Of a DNA stretch of 64,000 nucleotides, positions 50,300 to 64,000 are shown piece after piece. The DNA comes from Paraspadella gotoi (taxonomy: Eukaryota; Animalia; Chaetognatha). Position 1 is the first letter of the stretch. Every line of letters begins with the position of its first letter. Both the position numbers and the translations under genes were made by a program. Where the stretch lies: positions 26,976,517 through 27,040,516 of the forward strand of contig CM119265.1 of the NCBI GenBank assembly GCA_051294375.1, in the 5' to 3' direction. Under the pieces are notes generated by a model. That model searched no databases, had not been told where the DNA came from, and saw only the letters and a program-made list of their open reading frames with translations.

Positions 50300-50470
50300 C
50301 TCGTCTCAATGGCTGAACAGGCTAAATCATCTCATTCCATCCGTGCGTCCCGGGTTCAATCCCTGGGTATCCCGGTTCTGGCTTAAATGTGACGGTGCCG
50401 GTATAAACATGCCAGTGACAGGAGGCGGTCACTGAGGGTCTGCAGCCCCTACGCCAGTTGGTGATATACC
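50300..50470 (+). mobile_element. Possible tRNA-derived SINE head
   Basis: A-box-like tggctgaacagg (~50310) and B-box gggttcaatccc (~50352); single copy in the window. Confidence 0.4.
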
Positions 50471-51192
50471 CCGCGCCCCGGGTATCACAGGCTATCCTCC
50501 CGTTGCCATAAGTGGTGAGCCCCGAGGCCGGCCCCGCGCAGTGCCTGCAGTTCCAGCTTCGCCTCCTCCAGTGCCATCGGCGATTCCATAGAGTTCTGCA
50601 GCTCCAATGCCTTTGGCGACACGGCACCAACCGGCACGGAACGCCCCTCGGCCTCTTCGATATAGGGACGAGAACTCTATCTCCTACCGTGACGTCGTTC
50701 TGGGGGGGCGCATGAAGATGCCGATTACAAACTAATTTTCCTTCGTCGGCTCCTGTATCATTGCCTTTGTTATTATCATAGTCTCTATCTTTAGTTTTCC
50801 TCTCGCGATGCGAGATGCCATTTGTTTTGGTAGATATTGCTTCAGCCCATCGCCGGTTTGGGTCTGGGCATGTATTTTTCTGTCCAGACATGCCTTTTCT
50901 GTCCGGGCATGTCTTTCCCTTTATTTTGTAATGTTTTTGCGGCATGCCTTCTGCTCGGGCATGCCTTTTTCATGATATAAAAACGATGTTTTTTGAGAGA
51001 ATAGACATTCCAGTTTGAAGAAGATACTACGCGTTTTTCTCTCAGATAGAAAATTATTCAGCTCTTCGAGATAGGCCGCCTCAAATTCAACAAAAAAACA
51101 AACATTTTTTTACCAAGCCCATAACTATATTCCAACAAAAAAGCATGATTGTAAACAACGAAAGTAATAATACAAACCAACGAACAATATCT

Positions 51193-54100
51193 TCACCCAA
51201 TTCTTAAATAACCACAATCGTCGACCATGTGCAACTTTAACGTCTCCACGTCGATGAGAAGCAGGTCGCATAATCGGCAAGGGAAAAGAGGGTCGCTGGG
51301 TTGGAAGCGGTCACCCACGATGGTGACAACATTGAGGGAGCACACGAAGTCGGCCGGAGGGTGGGGAGGCAAAGAGGGCGCCTCTGGCGGAGACGGCGGC
51401 GAGAGGTGAGATCTATCCAAATCTCCGACGTCCGGCTTCACGTCTTCTACGTCCTCGATTTCGAAGTTCATTTCGGAAGTCTCTGAGAGAGGGGGAGGAA
51501 GGAAGGGGGAGAGAGAAGGGAGAGAGACAGAGAGAGAGAGAGATATATCTTCAGACGGTTGTACTTCAAAAGTTTACGCGTTAGATGCTGGCACAAGTTG
51601 ATAATAAACAAACCTTCTGAAGCGAAGTCTCTTTCCAATGACTTAACCCCCTTAACGGAGCACTCGAAGGCATTGGACGCCTCAGAGTCAGGATAAGGAT
51701 CGCTGGTCGCCATCTGGTGGAAACGTTGAAGTGGGAGTGGCCGGTCGCGTAGAGGGTGAGAGGTCTTGACGCGGTATCCATCGGCAGATTGATTCGCCTG
51801 GGAAAGAATCTTAACTCATCGTCGGGCTGTCCTCATTCTCATTTGTTACTTATATCCTTATAAGGATAATACTTAAGAATTTGTTAGGATTTCATTTTAT
51901 CTTTCTCGTCTCCATTAGTTTAGGTACGCAATACCTCTCAGTCTTGGGTTCTTTCATATACCACTAATGATTGCGCCACAGTCATGCAAGAAACACAGCT
52001 GTTCAGCACAGACGTATATCCTAGCCACTAAGTGGTGACTTACGACATCCCAAACCCTTTGAACGTCTGCAGCATGGGGACATTCATGACTATCCAAAGT
52101 ACTAAGCGGGGCACCAAAGTTCCTCTCCTTGGTTCGCTTATAAATATTCAATTCCTTTCGATAATTTCCTTTTACCTTTTGATCTCCTTCGTCGTCGCTT
52201 TCGTCGCTTTGTTCATCTTCCTCTTCCTCGTCCTCTTCATCGTCCTCTTCTTCCTCCGGCTTCGTCTCCGCCTCCATATTCTTCCGAATGACGGCCTTCG
52301 CTTGAACGCTCGCTCTTCTCCGCCCGAGCCTTAAATAAAACGCGGCGAAGGAATTTGGGTCCATTTTTGCCCAAATGAATTTCCCCGATTCTTTAAGTTC
52401 TTTAATAAACCCGCACTCAAACCAACCTCTTTGTGGGATTCCCCACTGGGCCCGCTGTGACTCCATCTCTCTCTTTAGCCTTGTCCCTCTGCTTTTTCCG
52501 CACGCTCGGTCGCCACTCCTCATCTTCCAAGTTGCAGGTCGTCACCGCACGATGAGGCTTTCGAGAATGACGATCCTTAGAGGGACGATTGTGAGGCTGG
52601 AGAGTCTGTTGCGGCGGATGGGAATGTCGAGGCTGCGGAGGTGCCGCACGAGGTTGCGGCAAAGCTCCCGCGGTGGCGTAACGTTGCTGTCGTAATTCTT
52701 GCAACAGTTTGCAGGTTTGAGGACGAAGCAAGGAAACCATTGGAACTTTAGCGATTGGATTTTGATGAGCGGGCGGAGGGGGGGTGAAAGATGGGGGCGG
52801 AATCGATGGAGGCGGAGCGTCTCTTAGACGAGAGTGCGACGAGAGAGGCGGTTCATCGATACGGCGGGAAGGCGCCGGATTGATCGCTCCTCGATTTCTC
52901 GGCGCCGGATTCGTAGAGTCCAACGTCGTCACTCGAAAGGAGCTATGAGGACTCGGCCGCTGCAGAGAAGCCGCGTCGCTGCAGCGTTTATCCGACGCCG
53001 CATCGCCGCTCGCGGGAAAAACGTTGCGGATTCTTTTGGCGGAAGTAAAGTCGGTTAAGAGACAAGATTGTTGAGAGGAGGCGCGCCGTTTGGGGCGGGA
53101 AGAGCCGGAGAGAAGCTGAGGGGAAGGACCGGAATAAAAAAAAAAGGTTAGGAATCGGAATTTAACTAAATTTATGAAAAGTAAAGATGCGGAATGATGA
53201 TTTCATTCTTCTTCAATCTCTCCTGTCCTTCATATTCAGCTGTCACCCTCTAACCAGTATCCTTTTTCAATTCTTTCTTGGCCTTTTTAATTCTCTTTCT
53301 TTCTCTCTCTCTCTTTCTCTTTTACTCAAAATATTTTTTACAACTTGATTTGCGCTGATGAAGGCTAAAAATTAGTCCCAACATGTCCGTTTTCATGTAA
53401 AAACATTGTCGTTGTTGTTAACCATTAAAATGTTATTATTTCGTCTCTAAATCAAACGCAACGGATTGAAAGAAATAATTATAATACAACGTCGTGGAAG
53501 CAACAACGTCCACAATGTCTTTAAAAAAATGAGTAAATGAGAATGATCAATTGATGAATCTTCTTCCACCTGAGATTCGGAGGCGAAATCTTCTTCCTGC
53601 GTCGAAGACTGAAAGCGTTTCCCTTCAGATTCGGAAGTCGGACCGTTGGTCGGGAAAAAGGAGGAGCCCGATCTCTCCGTAACTAAAAGGAAAGACCAAG
53701 ACCCAAGGAAATAACAATCAATTAATAATAATTATCAAAATCATTAAGCCCGACGATATGTAAACGATTAAGTAATTAAGCCCACGTACCGTCTTTGCAA
53801 AATCGCCGGAGTCGATCCGCGGTGGATCGATCGGAGACGAAGAAATCCACGACGTTTCCTTTCATCGGTTCGCGGAACAAATGATCGTCAACTTTTTTCT
53901 CGAGGAAAAGAAGAGCTGACGTGTGGGGGGAGGAGTGGTTTTTATAAGGATTAAGTATGTGCTACTGTTTATTATTTTGTCTAACGGCTATAGGAATTAA
54001 AATGTGATATTTTAAGCGAAACTCGAAACCTAAACAACCGTTTAGTGGCCAGTTAAACCTGACCACGTAATCAGTTAGCCGAGTTTACTAGTTTATCATT

Positions 54101-54931
54101 TTGGATTAATTTTACTTTCGCCGACCGGCGTTAGGGGTTAAGGTTAAGGGTGATTTAAAAGTGGTTTAAAGTTAAGGGTGGTTAGGTATAAAAGGGGCTA
54201 AATTTTACTTACTTAATTACCCTAGCCCTCTTAACCCTAACCACCCCTAACCCTAAACCACCTCTAAACCACTCTTAACCTTAACCCCTCCCTAACCCCG
54301 GTCGGCAAAAATAAAAATAACCTTAAAAGGGTTTAGGGTGAGGGTAAGTAAATAATAATTTTTATTAATTTTTAAAATTTTTCATAATTTTTCAAAAGAT
54401 GCCAAAACCTCGGTCAGCGAAAATAAAATTAGGTGACTAACTTTCGCTTACCGGGGTTAAGGAGGGGTTAAAGTTAAGGGTGGTTTAGGGTTAGGGGGTA
54501 TGGGGTATTTAGGGTTAAGAGGGTTTAAGGTTAGGGTAATTAAATAATATTTTTTTTAATAATAAATATTTTTAAATGATTTTTTAAAAGCCGCCATAAC
54601 CGCGGTCGGCGAAAGTAAAATTTAGCCGTAAAATTTAAACTTTTTAATTTTTATATTTCGAGGCGAGAAAGAACCTTTTTCAATTCCTTCAATTCTGTCC
54701 ATCGTTAATGGAAAGAGGGATAGAAGGAAGTCGAGCGACGAATCGAAGTAACTGGTGGAGAGAATGAAAGGTGTTACACAATAGTTAGCAAAAAAGGATT
54801 TAATTAATAATTATATCACTGAATTAACGATGTCACCGGGGAGAAGAAAATGGACTTGGCGAGATGGAATCTTACCTGACGAAGTCATGAGGCGGGGGAG
54901 AGGGACCCGTCCTGGTCGGGAGGAACGGCAT
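51193..54931 (-). CDS. Uncharacterised multi-exon protein with Pro-rich and acidic regions and a C-terminal CxxC-x12-H-x4-C finger
   Basis: Phase-consistent GT-AG exons at about 54876-54931, 54675-54751, 53790-53915, 53569-53682, 52426-53115, 52176-52329, 51648-51797, 51193-51483 (CRLCDLLLIDVETLKLHMVDDC). The true start may lie upstream. Confidence 0.7.
54108..54622. mobile_element. Fold-back/MITE-like element with perfect 20-bp TIRs and telomere-like internal arms
   Basis: aattttactttcgccgaccg (54108) and cggtcggcgaaagtaaaatt (54603-54622); internal ttaggg/ttaagg-rich and cctaac-rich arms lie in inverted orientation. Confidence 0.75.
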
Positions 54932-55239
54932 TCTCGATGAGATAAAGAGAAAGATAATTAGAATAAAAGAAAGAAAAAGAGGGAGAGAGAGACGTTAATT
55001 TGCTTTTTTGATGTCGTTTCCCGCGAATTCGGATGTGAAGTTATGCAATGCCCGACTACAGACTGAAGACTGAACGAACTCATTCACATTCAACTGATCT
55101 TTTGTTTTTAAACTAGAGAACATTTTTTTTCTGATAGAAAACAGAGCAAACAAATAATTGCGGGGAATGGTTGCAAAAAGTTCCCATGTCAGCAATAAAT
55201 GCGAACAAAAAAGGGAAAAGAAAAAAGAGATCAGGGGAG

Positions 55240-55522
55240 AAAGTCAAGCAACTCCATCCACATGAGGCGGCAACTCAATCACGGGACTTCGGGAAGCAAG
55301 CAGGTCCCTATTCTCGCGCTGAAGGCAGACAGAAAGTCTCTAAAACATGTGCTGTGACGTTTTGCCGATGTCTAAGCCTGCATTCGTTGCTTAGAGTTTG
55401 GCGAAGTCTTTCAGGTTTGAGAGAGCGTCCAGGTCCCATGCCTCAAAGGGATGAAGCCAACGTCGGCCGGTAGTTTGCCTTCATACTTGGCCCGTTTGGC
55501 CTGACGAGCTCGTTCCAGGGCA
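55240..55522 (-). mobile_element. Possible 3' fragment of an RLE-type (CRE/NeSL-like) non-LTR retrotransposon
   Basis: The minus frame ALERARQAKRAKYEG..GFIPL..GTW resembles the K..KY..F.PL..G.W motif of restriction-like endonuclease domains; it is disrupted. Confidence 0.4.
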
Positions 55523-56250
55523 TATGTGGAATTAAGGATGGTGAAGGGGGGAGGGGGGAGGAGGAGGTGATAGTTGCGTCAAAAGCTGAGAATGGAGAGC
55601 GATGCTTGACCAAGAGCAAACGTCATTGGCACTATGCTTTATATTGTATATTGTACGAGTAAAATTACAATCAAAAGGCTGTTAACTTTAAATAAAAATC
55701 GAGGAAAGAGTTATTTCTTTATATAATAGAAATAGCTACATCAAAGAAAAAACTATGGATAAATATTAAATAGGCTATTTTTTGTTATCTTCTTTTTCAA
55801 CTATTCCAACACAGGAATGAAAATAACGTACTTTATTTGATTCTAAACCCGATTTCTGACTACATAAGCTCCATGACTTTTTGTTATATGAATCATAAAA
55901 AAGTGAGGCAATTACAATAGTTTCCGTTTAATTTGGCACAACGAAACACTGGGAAAATAATTTTATATTCATACAATACTACCAACCAATCTAAACAAAT
56001 AAAAATAAAGGCCACAAAATGATTCCATTGTGGACGCAACAACGCACTTGTTGCGTCCACACCATCACAGTAAAAAGGGATTCCGTAACAATGTGAAAAA
56101 CTAACCTCTAATAAATAAAAAATATATCTAAATCCACTACAGGGTGTGACTAAAAAATGACAATAGAAAAAATTCACAATCAATCTTCTCCGTGACGAAA
56201 AGGAGAACTTTCCCTTCCCCCCCCCAATGACCCCTGACCCCGGGTCGCCC

Positions 56251-58082
56251 TCAAACGTCCTCGTAGCGAGCGAGTCGCGACTTGAAGGCGTCTCTCTCCG
56301 CTTTCACCGCCTCCAACATCTCCTGCATCTTTTCGTTCTCCTTTTCCAACCACGAAGTTCGAATCTGGAGAGAAAGTTAAAGTTGGAGATTTCAAGTAGA
56401 GCCAAACAAAAAGTTGTCTACACAAAGTATAATTCTTTTTTCAATATTTTGATGATAAGTGGGTCAAAATTGGGAAAAACTTTGAAAAATCATCCTCATC
56501 ATCATCATCCGATGATTTTAGCAGTTTTTACTAATTTTAGTAATAAAACATCAAAATTTTAAAAAGTTTGTAATTATATTTTTTGTTTAACTTTTTAAGC
56601 TCTATCAGAATCAATTAAAAAAACTTAAAATATCAAAAAAAAAATTTTGACATTATATAGCAATATAATAATATTAATTAGCGAATTACTCATGGTTCGG
56701 AACATTTTTGCAAAAAAATATTTTAATACAATAATTAATAGCAATAATGGATTAGTTTAATATTATTCCATAAATTTGAATTTGGTCGGCTACCGCTATT
56801 TCAAGTCATAACAAACTTGGATCATTAATTCATTATGAGAGAGTTTTCTTCTTCCTCTCTCGACTCTTTTCACGAAATTTCCAACACTTTTCAATAAAAC
56901 TATGTCTCACTCAATTCTCATTTCTCACTTCATTTACGCGGTCCACCCCTATAAAAAAGTTTAAATTGACCAACCATAATCTGATTGATCTTGATCCTCT
57001 GCGCGTCTCTCGCTCTCTTCGCCGCCACGTTGTTCTTCCGACGTCTCTCCCAGTATTTCTCGTCCTTCTGCTCTTCAGGGACGAATTGCTGACATGGAGA
57101 AGAGTTAGATTTAAATTTAATTATATTTAATTTAACTTACCAATGTCTTCAATGAATCAGGAAAAACAGCAACAACTGGTACGACGACTAAATTGGAAAC
57201 GCAAATATCGCCTTCCCCTTTTACCTTCTTGGCTTTGCGCAAAACCGGCATCGGCTTGAGCTCGTCCGTCTCGAATCGGCGCTGCTTGGGGTTGAACACC
57301 TCCTCGCCAGGTGCCGTGGCCAGGTGCAGCTCTTGCGAAGTGATGGGCAGATCGACGGAGGCGAACTGCGAAGGGGAAGGGGACGTCGGGTGCGTGGAGG
57401 GGTGGCGCTCGACTTTGCCGTCTTCATTAAAGGAAAGACGTTTTTTCATTAAATCAAAAAACAGGTTGAAAATGAGACAATTCAACAGTACATGACAATG
57501 GATAATGACAAAATACGACTTTAGTGAGTAATAATTCGACGATGGCAGATCTTTCTTCATTCAGCTGAAACAATAACGACTATCATGTTCAATTGTTCAT
57601 TGCACATTACGATTAATCGTCAAAACCTATCCAAGGATGATTGGATGTAGTACGAAATACCCATTATTTTTTTTTTATTCATTTAAATATTCCAAAAATT
57701 ATTAAACTCGTGATACTTTTTTTTTTTTACCGCAAAATGCAAATGAAATTATAATCCGTAATAACTAAACAAATGAAAAAACGCTATAGAAATGAGCAAC
57801 ATCGAAAAAAGGTCAAACCTGAATCGATCCTTTCGCCGACGAGCAACTCCGCGGGGTTGAGCGTTTTCGATGGAAGACTGCAGCCTTGCAGCAACTTCAG
57901 CAGCAGGTCCTCATCGGGGTTGAAGTCTGATCGAAATGAGAGTCAATTTGAACTGGTATGAAGACAAACTACAACAACGACAACCCACCAAAGTCGTTCT
58001 TTCGATCTTCGTTGGCAGCGTCGCTCCCCGAATCGAATTCTGTAGAGAGAAAAAAAGAATATACTAGCGTCTCAACTAAGGA

Positions 58083-58123
<41 letters not shown>

Positions 58124-59071
58124 AAATTCGTCGGCGTACCAGAAGTCTTCGCTGAGGAAGAAGAAGAAGAAGATAAAAGGGTGGAGTCAACTCGAGGCTT
58201 CTTGCCTTCCATCGTCTTCAGGAAATCCGAGCTGAAAACCATAAATAAACGATCATTTATCTATAATTAAAGTATAAACGATAGAATAAATTATAATTGT
58301 ATACTTACTCGGGAAGGAGTCCGGTCTGAAAGAGGAACTCGTCCGTGCTGAGAAGTTCCATCGACGAACACTCGTCGAAGGTCAACACTTCGTCCCACAG
58401 ATTCGGTCCCATGTAACTGAATGGATCAATGAACGGGCTAATGAATGGAATAAATCTAAATAAAATAAACAATGATGTAAACGAATGAGACGATTGAATG
58501 AAGAAATTAATGAAAGAAATGAGCATATAGATATTGTTGGACACAAACTTTTGATAAATGTTTGGATCTGTTTAATCTTCATTTCTGTGTACCTATCGAT
58601 CAATAGAACTTTAATTAATTATTATTAATCATCATTATCGTCGTTCGATATTACTTTGTATTAGTATTAGATATTAGATAATACTAATATTAGATAAACA
58701 ATGGAGGAGCTTACGCAGCTTGCGCCGAATTGGGTTGCAACTTTGTCTTTTTAACTGACTTCGCTTCCGCCTCGGGCGAGGACGACGCGCTCGCCGCAAA
58801 CGCCGCCGCCGTCGATCCGTCGCCGCCCGTCGATCCGACGAGTCTGCGTTTGGCTCCGCAAGCGGCGATCGCCTGGTTTTTAAAAATAATATCGTCGAGC
58901 GGCGAGAGAAAGACTAAAAGGTAAGTAAAAGTCAAAACTTACCCGAGACGTTGCCGGCGATGAGGATAACAATATATCATGAGACGTTGTTGGCTTAGCG
59001 ACTGTGGGTCTTTCTAGGGATGTTGCTTGCGACGCGTTCGTCTTTTTCAAGAGCGAACCAAGCAACGACAT
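56251..59071 (-). CDS. PAR-bZIP transcription factor (HLF/TEF/DBP/Pdp1 family)
   Basis: Exons from ATG 59071 through [23 protein letters not shown] (58308-58410), the PAR domain [29 protein letters not shown] (57225-57440), the basic region [26 protein letters not shown] (~56975-57088) and the zipper [10 protein letters not shown].. (to 56365). A likely small indel precedes the YEDV-stop at 56251. Confidence 0.9.
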
Positions 59072-59617
59072 GATGGATTTTTTTTTATTATTACTTCACG
59101 AAATAAGGAGTGTTATTTTTTAAAGGTTTTCATTTTTTTCTCTTCAGGCCGGAAATTTAAAAGGAACCCTGTAACGGAAACAGTTCTCGCAAATTTTAAA
59201 TCACAGACATTTTAATGCAAGAGTTCGTCGAGAAAACTGGAGATGGCACGAAAGAAACTTGGTGAGAGAAGGTGGGGCGGGGGGAAGCGTAATGATCTGC
59301 TAATTAAAAATAATCGCTTATCTCTGCTAAACGAAAACATTAATTTAAAACGAGGCAAAGAGTCGGATAATTAAGGGCGAAAAAAAAAATCCGTTGGTCG
59401 GCGAACTCCGGCACAATCTCTCGTCAAAGTCAACGCGAGGAGAAACGAAACGAGGGACACACATCACTTGACTCCATCTCTATCTCTCTTTCTCTCTCTT
59501 GTTTCACTGGGTTGGGATTGTCACTCTTTCACTCTTTCACAATCGATCGATCGATGGATCGAACGGGGAATGGATTAATCGAGAGGAGGAGGCGGAGAAG
59601 GAAGAGGATTCCCGATC

Positions 59618-63535
<3,918 letters not shown>

Positions 63536-64000
63536 ATTTGCTTCTTTCTTATTTATTTATTTTGCGTAAAGTGAAAATTGTTTTTTTGACTCCAAATTTG
63601 ATTGACCGAGAGTAATTAATTTTTTGAAGTTTAAATTGTTCTTGACGATCGAAGGAAGTTTAAGGAATACCTTTTTTTATTAAATATAACTATAAATGGC
63701 GAAAACTGATTTCCCGTCTGAAAACTAATTTCCCGCAAACGATGTAATTAATAAACAATGGATCAACAATGGATAAAAACAATAGCAAAAAAATTGTTTT
63801 CCTTATTCCAACTACGAGCGAATCATAAATGTAGGCGAGGGCATTTTTTTTTTTCAAAAGACTTGGTCTTTTGCGAGAGAACGGCCTTCCGGAGCTCCAT
63901 GGTCGAAAAGTCGCTTGGAGGAAGGATCTTGATTTTTTCTTTTTTCCTCTAAAAAAATTAAGATCTTCTTTCCCGTTCATCGGCGGCGACCAAGATGGCG

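Noticed and set aside
55893-56260. Long C-terminal extension of the PAR-bZIP
   Set aside because: A small indel restores the family-like YEDV-stop; the extension is AT-rich 3' UTR-like sequence.

Overview
Intron-rich animal (probably invertebrate) genomic scaffold with GC-rich exons, AT-rich introns, many microsatellites, N-gaps and several error-rich stretches that look like long-read gap fill (about 1-7000, 10050-13720, 17830-26050). Six multi-exon genes were reconstructed by hand from splice sites and reading-frame phase, all on the minus strand: the 5' half of a phospholipase C-beta (PLCB4/NorpA-like), an atypical tetraspanin-like protein lacking CCG, a membrane-anchored ZPBP/Sp38-like protein, an uncharacterised protein with a C-terminal CCHC finger, a PAR-bZIP factor, and mitochondrial Hsp70 (HSPA9) carrying at least one intronic H/ACA snoRNA candidate. 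Repeats include degraded Copia- and Gypsy-like elements, a 2.8-kb TIR insertion that is present in one copy of a duplicated segment and absent from the other, a Helentron-like element carrying a tRNA-Gly head, Penelope-type hammerhead relics and telomere-like fold-backs. The most unusual pattern is that at least five unrelated minisatellites begin at, or copy, 5' splice donors; one of them creates an in-frame alternative donor in the PLC X-Y linker. All homology calls come from recalled motifs, not database searches, and coordinates in noisy regions are approximate.
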